A stretch of DNA of 64,000 nt from Thermodesulfobacteriota bacterium (GTDB taxonomy: Bacteria > Desulfobacterota_D > UBA1144 > Nemesobacterales > Nemesobacteraceae), in contig OZ241855.1 in NCBI GenBank assembly GCA_965202785.1, forward strand, positions 1,184,001 through 1,248,000, written 5' to 3'. Below the pieces are notes generated by a model, which worked only from the letters and a program-made list of their open reading frames with translations, did not search any database and had not been told where the DNA came from. The position numbers were made by a program, and so were the translations under genes. Below are positions 21,501-29,318 of the stretch, piece after piece; positions within the stretch are counted from its first letter, which is position 1; each line of letters starts with the position of its first letter.

Positions 21501-22946
21501 GGCTACATGCTTCGGAGAACCCGCAGGCCACTTCATGTCGCGCAATTCGTTAGAGGCGCGCGATGGCGTGCCATAGCCCTCCACCACGATATGCGCGTTT
21601 GTGCCGGACCAGCCAAAACCGCTCACGCCAGCCAGCGGGGCTCGGTCGGATACGAGAGGCCACTCGGTTGTCGTCGAAGTAACACGCAAGGGGAGCTGCC
21701 GCCAATCGACTGCCGGTGTCGGATTGCGAAAATTCAAGTGCTTCGGGATTATGCCCCGGTTCATCGCCAGCAGTACCTTCATCATCCCGGCAACGCCTGC
21801 CGCAGGTTCCAGATGTCCAAAGTTCGTCTTCACTGAGCCAATGAGCAGCGGTCGTTTGGCCGGACGGTCTTTGCAGTATGCGGCCGTCACTGCCTCCAGT
21901 TCGATAGGGTCGCCCACCGGTGTTCCCGTGCCGTGCGCTTCTACATAGTCCACCTGTGACGGCAGTACGCCCGCCTTGAGCAATGCCGCTTTGATGACTT
22001 GTTCCTGTGCCTTCGCATTCGGCACGGTAAGCCCTGTGCTCGCACCGTCCTGATTCACCGCGGAGCCGCGGATGATGCCCCAGATTCGGTCGCCGTCCGC
22101 TTCCGCATCACTCAGCCGCTTAAGAACCAGTACCCCGCAGCCTTCGCCGCGCACATAACCATCGGCGTCGGCATCGAAAGTCTTGCAGCGCCCGTCCGGC
22201 GCCAGCATGCCGGCATTAGCCCGCAGTTCTAGAAGCCGTCCCGACAGGATGGCGTTGACCCCTCCCGCCAGTGCAAGGTCGGCCTCACCCCGCTGCAAGC
22301 CGGTTACCGCCTGATGCACAGCCACGAGTGATGAAGAGCAGGCAGTGTCCACTGCAATCGCCGGTCCTTGTAAGCCAAGCGCGAAGGAGACTCGTCCGAT
22401 GGCCGTGTTGTAGGAAGTGCCGCTGACCGTGTAGAGGCTTGAGGCCGGTTCAGCAGTGTCGCTGGCTTCCAGTATGACCCCCCGGTAGTCGTTATTGCTG
22501 ATGCCGGCATACACTCCGGTTCGGCTGTTCTTCAGCCCGTCAGGGTCTATTCCCGCGTCTTCGAGCGCCTGCCAGCTCGTTTCCAGCATCAGTCGCTGCT
22601 GCGGGTCAAGGTGCTGCGCCTCGACCGGCGAAATGCGGAAAAAAGGGGCGTCGAACCGGTCAACGTTGTCTATGAGACCGATGAAACGACATGCCTCTGC
22701 CTGAGGCGTGGCGTCCTGGAAAAGCTCGCCGACACGCCCAACGCCGGAACCCGGAACGCCCTCGCTGACCGCATTCTCACCTGCTTCCAGAAGACGCCAG
22801 AACGCCGAAACACCATTTGCGCCAGGGAATCGGCATGCCATGCCGACGATTGCTATCGGCTCTTCGGATTGTGAACCCGGGCGATTCCGAATATCCGGCT
22901 CAGCCGCCGCAGTTTGAGAATAATCAACAGACCGCTTTTTACTCAT
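12555..22946 (-). CDS. Type I polyketide synthase KS-AT-DH-MT-ER-KR-ACP-KS-AT; SupA-like
   Basis: KS1 DTACSSS/HGTGT/GHLE; AT1 GHSLG and AFHS; DH HPLLG and DHRVFGRAVMP; C-MT LEVGAGTG; ER LVHAGAGGVG; KR TGGLGGIG; ACP LGMDSL; KS2 DMACAS; degenerate AT2 GYGTG. Confidence 0.95.
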   Translation of the reverse strand: MSKKRSVDYSQTAAAEPDIRNRPGSQSEEPIAIVGMACRFPGANGVSAFWRLLEAGENAVSEGVPGSGVGRVGELFQDATPQAEACRFIGLIDNVDRFDAPFFRISPVEAQHLDPQQRLMLETSWQALEDAGIDPDGLKNSRTGVYAGISNNDYRGVILEASDTAEPASSLYTVSGTSYNTAIGRVSFALGLQGPAIAVDTACSSSLVAVHQAVTGLQRGEADLALAGGVNAILSGRLLELRANAGMLAPDGRCKTFDADADGYVRGEGCGVLVLKRLSDAEADGDRIWGIIRGSAVNQDGASTGLTVPNAKAQEQVIKAALLKAGVLPSQVDYVEAHGTGTPVGDPIELEAVTAAYCKDRPAKRPLLIGSVKTNFGHLEPAAGVAGMMKVLLAMNRGIIPKHLNFRNPTPAVDWRQLPLRVTSTTTEWPLVSDRAPLAGVSGFGWSGTNAHIVVEGYGTPSRASNELRDMKWPAGSPKHVAISVPKAASEGAAEAPATRATRLLPLSGKTDNALRELAEHYLAWLDERSVDLEPTDSAASPFLPDMAWTAGVGRSQFAHRAGVAFRDAESLRAGLKVVAEGDRGAEAAATTKVAFVYTGQGGQWVGMGKSLYEQEPVVRAVLDRCERLILEERGTSLLDVMFGRGEATGDLNDAAWAQPAVYALGCALTALWRSIGVEPSVVIGHSLGEFAAAQAAGVFGLEEGLRFVAKRGVLLSSVPELGTMAAVFAPEDQVAAAVDEYNASSDSPGLSIAVDNGIHQVISGPVAAVQAVSERFEAEEITVRPLSRNQAFHSALVEPALDALEEVYQEDVAASPPSVALVSNVTGSVVAPDEILDGKHWRRHAREPVQFRRGVGTLAELGTDLVIEVGPHAVLGPLVSLVWSDVTDEAKDPIVLESMLRPSKDDVLPQDHDNGFMDAVAGAYEAGLTLAFDGLFAGEERRRIELPGYPFQRARHWVDAPRRRRAAAGHPLLGTRHESPRGDVMLETEMFPSDPSWLNDHRVFGRAVMPGALYGVMAATAALSEGAQSVDVEDMQLHSALVFAEDDSADDTTQAGRKIQAVLSTSENGNTRHIEIFSKGESEDGWTLHAEGGVSLGGGTRGTVNRVDLDGLKSGMESQDVAAFYRTRAEAGIHLGPSFRTLQDLCAANGEAVGEVALPEAVSSSDIDLHPILLDGCFQVFSAAWHSARGEDEITYLPFGWERFWLREMLPERLICHARLRENVRDKERDEEQSETSEVLSGDLLFYTPDGIELGGLSGYIVKRATRAALLSETEELHDLLYEIVWRDRALADGMLSADFLTSPTGVADRSIPFTEYLAGESVEADERVELLNDLERLSWLYALMALEQLGWERKVGEFVEPEAVRERLDVPPKHQRMFRRMFELLVKAKVVEEAGDGFVVKVGQDDPLPDHMPHNPDEFADQMSARYWHGTNEIGLFRRCAAAFADALVGRADPLTLLFGSGEPTAGDLYLKSPAGRMANQMLGDAVAALLDTLPKDRRLRVLEVGAGTGAGTAAVMPELPAGRYNYTYTDISAGFFSEAEKRFGGSDESIEYRALDIEKDPIEQGFDLHGYDLVIASNVLHGTRYLNETLTHCRMLLAPSGQLVALENLCGLDWQDMTFGQLDGWWRFADDYRTHHAMIGPAVWRQALGDAGFGEVEVLGGSKSDTTSTPEKGVILAQGPAEVKETAGIWVLAGDQCGVADELAAELAARNQTVVLVSDRAQSDGESSEKDRAVIKATVEMQNRESWHSLLEGLPAEVPLSGIVHLAALDGRGADATTEELGEDIRQVGASALALVQGMGDADAAPAKGMWFITRGGQVLEREHLGQLTGALLWGFGKVAALEAPHLQPKMIDLDPANTVPLSDLVNELMYPDSETHIAYRLGFRRAARLVRAGADTEQLTLPEGSRWFLEPDAGGALEELQVLDSPERSLEPREVRVAVEASGLNFWDVFRSLGLIDEGVLGGETCGHVLEVGSDVTSVSIGDRVVALAFGTFGSEAVMREEMVALAPPGVPTSQLATIPTVFVCAALSYDLAKLKAGERVLVHAGAGGVGSAAIQLAHAAGAEVFATASVSKQEYVRSLGVKHVFDSRQTRFGQEILEATGDEGVHVVLNSLTGEGFIEASLSCLAHGGRFIELAGVNIYTEEEMAAARPDVDYHIFEQDTLKEQNPEQPGAALKTVMKRFEAGELTPLVHSRWSMAEAISAMQFMRAARHIGKIVLTNSPLETGRLRGDRTYLVTGGLGGIGCALASWLADRGAGAIVLNGRRDPDPEAIETIDTLRGRGATVQVEIADVTDTAAVDAMLERINATLPPLAGVIHSVGVLSDAVLANQSWDSFQQVLWPKMLGAWHLHRATMHRDLDMFVLFSSVAGVLGNAGQANHAAANAFLDQLAAHRRAFGLPGQTIAWGAWSGLGEAEEQRERIESQLEATGTGWITPQQGLRALETLMRQDAPAGMVASVDWPTFATAHDDLPPFLEELSSADDMDETSESSEDVLSQLRVSSQTESESILVSFLQKELQAVMRLPSPPSNSIGFFDLGMDSLMAVELRNRLNRAFAGEYVVSNTAVFDYPDITTLAHYLAGELGQLGGDSGTAPTPETAAPPPRPSVATEDDDIAIVGMACRFPGAKNLSEYWHLMESGTDAVTDGRQAGDSQGNAAEDPDSENTAHLRGAFVEGIEWFDSRFFHIAPIEARMMDPQQRMMLETSWEAVEDAGIAPDSLRGSRTGVYAGVTASEYRHLIEASGKAGSQLGTAASITVGRVASALGLEGPAMAIDMACASALAAVHQAVAALQRGEVDLALAGGAHAALSRNISKFMLDVGMLSPSGQSRPFDASADGHVRGEGCGILLLKRLSEAEVDGDRIWGVIKGSAINQNWTSTGLTVPNGPAQERVMEAALVQAGLAGTDVDYLEAHAAGSQLGDAIEVHAVGSVYGRGRDADRPLLIGTVKSNIGHLETAAGVAGLIKAVLAMKQGVIPKHLHFKEPNPQIDWDRLPVQVTSEKTVWPAHSDKPPRAAVSAFSMSGTNAHMVVEGYGIATEGDSASAGVQSFRGAARQVPVSLPEPIADLPLAMDGLTERTMRLLPLSGKSEGALRNMIGQYLSWLDKHIAESSPEAPALADIAWTASVGRSHFDHRAAVVFGDTQSLRAGLTKLAETDATPDKPAPQPVTRVAFVYTGEGNQWVGMGEALYNSEPVVRAVLDYCDTVVRTERGASLLDVMFERAETTGDLNDAAWAQPALYALECALTALWASVGIQPNVTLGYGTGEVAAARAAGVFTLEDGLRFALTRGTLMAALPGVDPDQSLKGLEAAFAESAVSPPSLTLVSGVTGLVMDSDNPLDGAYWRTQACETATFDAGISTLADLGVGAVVEIGPGAVLGPQVSLQWPDSSDGEETTASPLVLASLMRPSDEEEDESSTGFVEAVAEAYEAGLAPSFEGMFAGESRRRISLPSYPFQRRRHWV

Positions 22947-23177
22947 AGTGTGCTTCTCCCGTCGTGGCCTGTCGCCAGCAGGCGCATGGTTTTCAAGAGT
23001 TTGTGTAAATACTGATTTTCGGCATAAAAATCCTGAAAAAATGATATCATAGCCTACCCTTAAAGGGAAGAAACAGGGGGGCGGGAACAGACGTTCAATG
23101 GGAACGAAAAAACGGGGTTTTGGCGGTCGCGCTCGTTGGATGTGTTGACTGGGACAATGCCTAGGAATTTCAGCGCC

Positions 23178-23837
23178 TCAGGGGAAAGTCACTATCCCTG
23201 CTCCCTCCGGTTTTCTGAATGTGAAAAACGAATCGGGAATGCCCGAGTTAACTTCCGCCGTGCCCAGTTCTATAATCGTCGTGTTTCCGAAGAGGTCGCC
23301 GATTATGATTCGCCTCAGCGTATAGGTCTTTGGATCGACCGCTATCGTTACCTGTTTTGCCTGTTCCTGCTGTTTCTGTTTTAAGTCAAGGAGAATGTTG
23401 CCCTGTTCATCCTTGCTCCCAGCGCCTATGCGGACATCGAAAAGACGATCAAGATCCTCCAGTATGGAAATAACGGTGTAAGAGCCGAGGGAGCCTGCCC
23501 AGACGCTGTCAAATTCCGTTTCGGCAACCTGATTTTCCTGGCTGTCAAAATACCAGACCTTTTTTCCGTCAGAGACTATCGTATCTTTCCACGGTTCTTC
23601 GTACTGCCATTTCATCATCGCCGGTTTCTTGAACCATACCTTTCCCGAGGATGAGATTTTCTCCTCAAGATCTTTTATCCGGGTCACCTGCGTGAAAGGG
23701 GATTTAAGATCGTTTATGGGAGCGTATTTTTTCTGGATGTTGCTTACAACAGCGGCTGCGTCCTGGGACCTCGCGGGCTGCGCGGTAAAAAGAAGGGTGG
23801 TGGCAAAAAACGCTGCCGCAAGCGCGATTTTTTTCAA
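23178..23837 (-). CDS. lolA: Outer-membrane lipoprotein carrier LolA
   Basis: Signal peptide; FTQ...SGKVWFKKPAMMKWQYEEP...IVSDGKKVW. Directly follows ftsK, as is common. Confidence 0.9.
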   Translation of the reverse strand: MKKIALAAAFFATTLLFTAQPARSQDAAAVVSNIQKKYAPINDLKSPFTQVTRIKDLEEKISSSGKVWFKKPAMMKWQYEEPWKDTIVSDGKKVWYFDSQENQVAETEFDSVWAGSLGSYTVISILEDLDRLFDVRIGAGSKDEQGNILLDLKQKQQEQAKQVTIAVDPKTYTLRRIIIGDLFGNTTIIELGTAEVNSGIPDSFFTFRKPEGAGIVTFP

Positions 23838-26044
23838 TCCGGGTTTCCTCTGTCCGCTTTGATCATGTTCACATAGACTTCTCTCGGTTTGCCGGCAGCT
23901 CCCTGAGGGCCTATAAGACCTTCTTTTTCCATTGTCTCAACGATCCTGGCCGCGCGGTTATATCCTATCTTGAGCCTTCTCTGTATCATGGAGATGGATG
24001 CCTGTCCCGTTTCGGCTATTATGCCGAGCGCGGTTTCGTAAAGCTCGTCTTTTTCGTCTTCGCTGACCCCCGCGCTCTCGTCGTCCGGGTCGTCTTTTGT
24101 TATCTCTTCTATGTAGACCGGGTCTGCCTGGGATCTCAGAAAATCCGTTACCCGTTTTCTCTCATCGTCGGATATAAGCGCGCCCTGCAGTCTTAAGAGG
24201 TTGCTCCCCCCGGATGCGAGAAAGAGCATGTCCCCCCTTCCGAGCAGGGTCTCTGCTCCCCCGGTGTCAAGAATGATTCTTGAATCCACTTTTGAAGATA
24301 CGAGAAAGGATATGCGCGCCGGGAAGTTGGCCTTTATGAGTCCCGCCACCACATCCGCCGAGGGGCGCTGTGTGGAAACTATTATATGAATTCCCGCTGC
24401 CCTGGCTTTCTGCGCGAGCCTTATTATCGAGTCCTTGACGTCGGTCGGGGAAACCATCATCAGGTCGGCAAGCTCATCTATGATAACGACTATGTAGGGA
24501 AGCCACCTGAGCTGTTTCTCCTCAATTTCAAGCGCCTCAAGCTTCCTGTTATAGCTGTCTATGTCCCTTACCCCCTCTTCAGAGAGCATCCTGTATCTGG
24601 AATCCATTTCCCCGACCAGCCACTTAAGGGCGGCCACGGCTTTTCTCGATTCGGTTACCACCGGGTGGAGCAGGTGGGGAATGTCTTCGTATATGGAGAG
24701 CTCGAGCATCTTCGGGTCTATCATTATCATCTTTAGCTCATAAGGGGTCGCCCTGTAGAGCAGGCTCGTGATCGCGGCGTTTAGTAGCACGCTTTTCCCC
24801 GAGCCGGTTGTTCCGGCGATCATAAGGTGCGGAGCGGTCTGAAGGTCCATGTAGCGCGGTTTTCCGGATATGTCTTTTCCGAGGGCAATGGTGAGCATCG
24901 ATTTTTTCTCGGTAAACGAGCTGCTCTCGAAAAGTTCCCGCAGTACCACTATCTCCCTGCTTTCGTTCGGCACCTCTATTCCGACCACGTCTTTTCCCGG
25001 TATGGGGGCTATGATTCTTATGCTCAGCGCCTTAAGACCCATTGCCAGATCGCCTTCAAGAGACGATATCTTGTTTATTTTTATCCCCGGGGCGGGCTTG
25101 TACTCGAACATTGTGATAACCGGGCCGGGACGTATCTCCATGACCTTTCCGGTTACTCCGAAGTCCGCAAGCTTTTCTTCGATCAAGGTGGCCTTCTGGT
25201 ACATGGCTTCCTTGTCTATTTCTACCGACGTGTCGATTTTCGGGTCAAGCAGATCAATTGAGGGCAAGGAGAAGTCAAGCCATTTGCTCTCGGATGCGGC
25301 AGGGGACGGCTCGTCTTTCTTGTCGGGGACGGGAGGAGTGAAGACTATCTGCGGTTCCGTGTCGGCTTTTCCATCGCGTACTTGCTTGTGTTCCGCGGCC
25401 GGGGTTTTTGGCGCGCTGGGGGTCGCCTTCGGTATGTCTTGCTTTTTTCTTCCTCGGGCGCTCCTTCGTGCGGCGGCGCGTCTTAGCGCACCGATCGGCG
25501 CAGAAATTCCTTTTAACGCACCTGAGAACAGCAGGCGGATGATTCTCACTACGGTGGCAATCTTGGTTTCCGTTGTTATTATCACGGAGAGGAATATGAC
25601 GATTATGACGACAATGTATGTTCCAAAGGTTCCCAGGATGTTCTGCGCGAATTCCCTGGAGATCGCAAGACCCAGCCATCCCCCGGCCGGCGAGTAGCCG
25701 AGAAGGGAACTTTTTCCGTAAACGAGCCCGAGCAGTGTGGTCGAGGAGAGAAGGAAAGTAATCGTGGAGAAAAGCTTCCAGTATATTTTCTGGGCGGGCT
25801 GCTTTCTCAGAATCACGTATGATGCATAGAACATCAGCACGGGAAATACAAAGGAAAGCGTGCCGAAGGAACTTCCAAGGGACTGCGACACGTAAAGGCC
25901 CGCGCCTCCCATTGCGCCTTTTACGTCGATTTCAAGCAGGTTGCTGAAGACCAGAAGACTCACAAAGGTGAATACGCCGAGGGCGAAGAAAAAAACCGCC
26001 ATCACATCTATGAATACGCCTTGAGTGTCCTTGCCTTTCTCCAT
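23834..26044 (-). CDS. ftsK: DNA translocase FtsK
   Basis: N-terminal TM helices; Walker A GTTGSGKS; IIDELADL; TQRPS; gamma domain SISMIQRRLKIGYNRAAR. Confidence 0.97.
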   Translation of the reverse strand: MEKGKDTQGVFIDVMAVFFFALGVFTFVSLLVFSNLLEIDVKGAMGGAGLYVSQSLGSSFGTLSFVFPVLMFYASYVILRKQPAQKIYWKLFSTITFLLSSTTLLGLVYGKSSLLGYSPAGGWLGLAISREFAQNILGTFGTYIVVIIVIFLSVIITTETKIATVVRIIRLLFSGALKGISAPIGALRRAAARRSARGRKKQDIPKATPSAPKTPAAEHKQVRDGKADTEPQIVFTPPVPDKKDEPSPAASESKWLDFSLPSIDLLDPKIDTSVEIDKEAMYQKATLIEEKLADFGVTGKVMEIRPGPVITMFEYKPAPGIKINKISSLEGDLAMGLKALSIRIIAPIPGKDVVGIEVPNESREIVVLRELFESSSFTEKKSMLTIALGKDISGKPRYMDLQTAPHLMIAGTTGSGKSVLLNAAITSLLYRATPYELKMIMIDPKMLELSIYEDIPHLLHPVVTESRKAVAALKWLVGEMDSRYRMLSEEGVRDIDSYNRKLEALEIEEKQLRWLPYIVVIIDELADLMMVSPTDVKDSIIRLAQKARAAGIHIIVSTQRPSADVVAGLIKANFPARISFLVSSKVDSRIILDTGGAETLLGRGDMLFLASGGSNLLRLQGALISDDERKRVTDFLRSQADPVYIEEITKDDPDDESAGVSEDEKDELYETALGIIAETGQASISMIQRRLKIGYNRAARIVETMEKEGLIGPQGAAGKPREVYVNMIKADRGNPD

Positions 26045-26057
26045 TTCCTAGATTCTG

Positions 26058-26087
26058 AAATAAAAACCCTTCGCGCTCGGGCGAAGG
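26058..26087 (-). terminator. Possible intrinsic terminator after nuoN
   Basis: 7-bp stem CCTTCGC/GCGAAGG (26068-26074 / 26081-26087), followed on the minus strand by GTTTTTATTT. Confidence 0.4.
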
Positions 26088-26103
26088 AAAAACCCCCTGC
26101 CGT

Positions 26104-27561
26104 CTAAAAGGCGATCGCGGCGAGAAGAGTGTTTGAGGCCTGAGCTGCTAGATCCCATGACAAGAAAGGAAATATACCGAAAAAAACCGTGACTGCGGTA
26201 AGTACTGCAATTGTAGCCCCCGAGAGCGGTTTGTTTGCGCTTGCCCCGTAGCTGTCTTCCCTCATAAACGCGTAGACGAGCACCTTGAGGTAATAATACG
26301 CGGAGATTACGCTTGTTATTATTCCTATTACTGCAAGCGGCGTCAGATTGGCGTCGACCGCAGCTAAAAACACCCTGTATTTCCCGAAAAATCCTATAGT
26401 TGGCGGGATTCCCGCAAGCGAGAACATAAATACTCCAAGTGCGAGCGATGCCGCCGGTTTCCTGCTCCAGAGTCCCGATATCCTCTCAAAAGTGTCACAG
26501 TCGTTTCCCTCCCTGCTCGCGTAGGCGAGGATTCCGAAAGCTCCGAGGTTCATAAAGGTGTAGGCAAACAGATAGTAAAGAACGCTTCCGCTTCCGACCG
26601 AAGAGTCTGAGAGAACCGCCGCCACCCCGACTAGGGCGTATCCCGCGTGCGCCACACTTGAGTAGGCAAGCATCCTCTTTACACTTTTTTGATATATGGC
26701 AGCTATGTTTCCTACTATCATGGTCAGCACAGCCGCAATCTGTACGGCGACCGTCATGTAGTTTTCAAACCCGGGAGCGGAACCGAGAAATATCCTCAGC
26801 AGTAGCACGAAAGCCGCCGCTTTTACCGCAACGGACATGTATCCTGTAACGGTGAGGGGGGCTCCGTCGTAGATATCGGGCACCCACTGGTGAAGCGGCA
26901 CGGCTCCTATCTTGAAAATGACTCCCACTGCCACAAAAGCGGCTCCGCAGACATACATCGGGAGATTCCCCGGATTTCTTAGGATCTCCTCAAGAAAAGT
27001 GGAACCGGTAGCCCCGTAGAGAAGGGCGATTCCAAAAAGCAGCACCGCGGAAGAGAATCCGCCCAGAACAAGATATTTTACGCCTGATTCTGTCGAGTCG
27101 AGAGACTTGCTTCTGAACCCCGAGAGTATGTAGACGGCTATTGACATAATTTCGAATCCCACGAAAAGCGTCATGAGTTCGACCGAGGAGGCGAGAATCA
27201 TCATCCCGCTCGTGCAGAAAAGCACAAGCGCGTAGAACTCCTCAAGCCATTGCGAGCGTTTCTCGAGGTGATCTTTTGAAAAAAGAATGGTCGCAAGCGC
27301 CGCCAGAAGGAAAAGGGAGTTGAAATAGGCGGAGAAGGAATCGATTACCAGCGCACCGGAAAACGCGGAACTTTCTCCGGAGAATCTGGAGAAGTTAAGG
27401 ATGAGTGAGAGCACTGTGGCAGCGACCGCAAGGAGAAAAAGTGACCCTGTCCATCTTTTCTTCAAAACAGGGGCGCAGATAAGTATAAGCAGGGCTGCGA
27501 GTATGAGTACGCACTCGGGAAGGATAGCCAGCGTACTTTGAAATAGCACCTGCATATTCAT
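26104..27561 (-). CDS. nuoN: NADH-quinone oxidoreductase subunit N
   Basis: Highly hydrophobic; FKIGAVPLHQWVPDIYDGAP, KRMLAYSSVAHAGY, SLAGIPPTIGFFGK. Confidence 0.95.
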   Translation of the reverse strand: MNMQVLFQSTLAILPECVLILAALLILICAPVLKKRWTGSLFLLAVAATVLSLILNFSRFSGESSAFSGALVIDSFSAYFNSLFLLAALATILFSKDHLEKRSQWLEEFYALVLFCTSGMMILASSVELMTLFVGFEIMSIAVYILSGFRSKSLDSTESGVKYLVLGGFSSAVLLFGIALLYGATGSTFLEEILRNPGNLPMYVCGAAFVAVGVIFKIGAVPLHQWVPDIYDGAPLTVTGYMSVAVKAAAFVLLLRIFLGSAPGFENYMTVAVQIAAVLTMIVGNIAAIYQKSVKRMLAYSSVAHAGYALVGVAAVLSDSSVGSGSVLYYLFAYTFMNLGAFGILAYASREGNDCDTFERISGLWSRKPAASLALGVFMFSLAGIPPTIGFFGKYRVFLAAVDANLTPLAVIGIITSVISAYYYLKVLVYAFMREDSYGASANKPLSGATIAVLTAVTVFFGIFPFLSWDLAAQASNTLLAAIAF

Positions 27562-27621
27562 AGTAGCGTTTCTCCCTGTATGTGGAGGTTTCTACGGGTT
27601 TTGGTTATCTCTTTCATTGCA

Positions 27622-28089
27622 TCAGCCGGGGTCTTTAACCACTTCGAACTTTCTTTCTTCAAACTGGAAATCTTGCTCGTCAATGTACCATATTCTCGCG
27701 TCGGCGAGCTTCCCGCGATTTACCGAGAAAATTATATACGCCCATCCGGGTGATGCCACCTGTCTGTCCGTCTCCGAAGGTACCGAAGGGTGGTCTGGAT
27801 GCGAGTGGTATATGCCGAGAATCTCAAGACCGTTCTCCCTCGCCCACGAATCCGCCTCTATGTAGGAGCGCGGATCAAGCTCGAAACGGTCTTTTAACCG
27901 CTTGCTGTCAATGTTTGATGTTTCCTTAAACGCCGTTTCGGATTCGTCGTCAGCGACCAGATTGTCGCATTTGCGGAAGTGAGTGACGGTGTCTTCTTTC
28001 CCGATCATCACTCCGCATACCTCGTAAGGATAACCGGATTCTGCGTCCCGTGTCATGCCCAGATAGGCCGATCTGTATATCTTTACCAC
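27622..28089 (-). CDS. JAB/MPN (M67) metallopeptidase, Mec-like
   Basis: YPYEVCG plus YHSHPDHPSVPSETD (JAMM motif). Overlaps the stop of the cysteine synthase gene. Confidence 0.9.
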   Translation of the reverse strand: MVKIYRSAYLGMTRDAESGYPYEVCGVMIGKEDTVTHFRKCDNLVADDESETAFKETSNIDSKRLKDRFELDPRSYIEADSWARENGLEILGIYHSHPDHPSVPSETDRQVASPGWAYIIFSVNRGKLADARIWYIDEQDFQFEERKFEVVKDPG

Positions 28090-29024
28090 CAGAGTCTTTC
28101 GCTCAGGTACCTTCTGCCCGAGTCGGGAAGAATCGTCACGAGCACTCCTTCTTTCAGTTTTTTCGCGTACTCAAGCGTTACGCAGACCGCGGCTCCTCCC
28201 GAGTGGCCCACGAATATTCCCTCGGTATCCATCAGCCGCTCCATCATTTCATACGCTTTCTCAGTCGAGATGAAGACAACATCGTCGGCCGCTTCCTCGT
28301 CGTATATGCCTGGAACTATTGAAGTGGGCATATGTTTCATGCCCTCAAGTCCGTGAAGACTTTCTTCAGGCTGAATCGCGATTGTCTTTATATCGGGATT
28401 GTATTCTTTAAGCCTTTTCCCGGTTCCCATGAAGGTTCCCGATGTGCCGAGTCCCGCGAGAAAATGGGTCACGTCACCCTTTGTCTGCTCCCAGATCTCG
28501 GGCGCAGTCGTTTCGTAGTGAGCCAGGAGATTGTTAATGTTGTTGTACTGGTCCGGCATGAAATATTTCTCGGGATTATCCGCTTTTAGCCTGTGAGCCA
28601 TTCTTATCGCTCCGTCGGAACCTTCAAGAGGGTTTGAGAAGGTTATTTTCGCTCCGTAGGCCTCGATTGCTTTTTTTCTCTCGGTGTTTACGTTCTCAGG
28701 CGTTACGATTTCAACCTCGTACCCGAGTGCGGCCCCAAGCATCGCGTACGCGATCGCTGTATTCCCGGAAGAAGAGTCCATAATGACCTTGTCTTTTGTG
28801 AGTTCGCCGGAGCGGATGGCTTCCAGGATCATTCTGCGGGCGGGGCGGTCTTTTATTGAGCCTCCCGGGTTAAACCACTCGGCCTTTGCGTAAATACTGA
28901 CCCCCGGAGAGCATTCCTTTGCCGTTTCGGAAAGTTCCAAAAGAGGGGTGTTGCCTATAAGGTCAACCACCGATTCGACTCTTGAACCTCCGGCGGCGGA
29001 GGTTCCGGCTTCGGATCTAGACAT
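28083..29024 (-). CDS. cysM: PLP-dependent cysteine synthase (CysM-like)
   Basis: IGNTPL, KAEWFNPGGSIKDR, SSGNT, GLGTSGT, LPDSGRRYLS. Confidence 0.88.
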   Translation of the reverse strand: MSRSEAGTSAAGGSRVESVVDLIGNTPLLELSETAKECSPGVSIYAKAEWFNPGGSIKDRPARRMILEAIRSGELTKDKVIMDSSSGNTAIAYAMLGAALGYEVEIVTPENVNTERKKAIEAYGAKITFSNPLEGSDGAIRMAHRLKADNPEKYFMPDQYNNINNLLAHYETTAPEIWEQTKGDVTHFLAGLGTSGTFMGTGKRLKEYNPDIKTIAIQPEESLHGLEGMKHMPTSIVPGIYDEEAADDVVFISTEKAYEMMERLMDTEGIFVGHSGGAAVCVTLEYAKKLKEGVLVTILPDSGRRYLSERLWW

Positions 29025-29263
29025 TAGCAGCGCTCGATGATTACCTTGTGGTAGCGGCCGTCTTCTTTCTCTATGGAGAGAACCCTGTGACCTTCCTGTT
29101 CCACGCTTCTCGGGAGATTGGAGAGAGGCTCTCCTTCGCAGAGCCTTACTTCAAGGACTTCCCCGCGCTTCATTTGCTCAAGCTTGAGCTTGGTTTTGAC
29201 AAAGGTCATCGGACAGATGTAGTCCGTTATGTCTATTCTTTCCTTGCTCTGCGTGTTGTCCAT
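29024..29263 (-). CDS. TusA/SirA family sulfur-transfer protein
   Basis: 79 aa with the TusA signature DITDYICPMTFVKTKL. Confidence 0.88.
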   Translation of the reverse strand: MDNTQSKERIDITDYICPMTFVKTKLKLEQMKRGEVLEVRLCEGEPLSNLPRSVEQEGHRVLSIEKEDGRYHKVIIERC

Positions 29264-29318
29264 TTTAAACTCTCGTGCGCGCGATTTCCCGTTAAGACTA
29301 ACACAGTCTGTGTTTTAC

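Larger units (their letters stand above)
8490..23100. other. Putative horizontally acquired sup-type PKS cluster (permease, hydrolase, PPTase, ACP, PKS); boundaries approximate
   Basis: Five accessory genes lie between nuoD and lolA. The PKS and permease are visibly GC-richer than the flanking housekeeping genes. No integrase or att repeat seen. Confidence 0.7.

Noticed and set aside
12564-22917. Numerous 60-255 aa ORFs antisense to or overlapping the PKS, and similar shadow ORFs elsewhere (e.g. 2139..2981, 24870..25697, 54441..55175, 60274..60963)
   Set aside because: They overlap well-supported genes, have no recognisable motifs, and are expected from stop-codon scarcity on the antisense strand.
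8490-23177. att-like direct repeats bounding the PKS island
   Set aside because: Only 6-nt coincidental matches (TCAGGA) were found, which is expected by chance.
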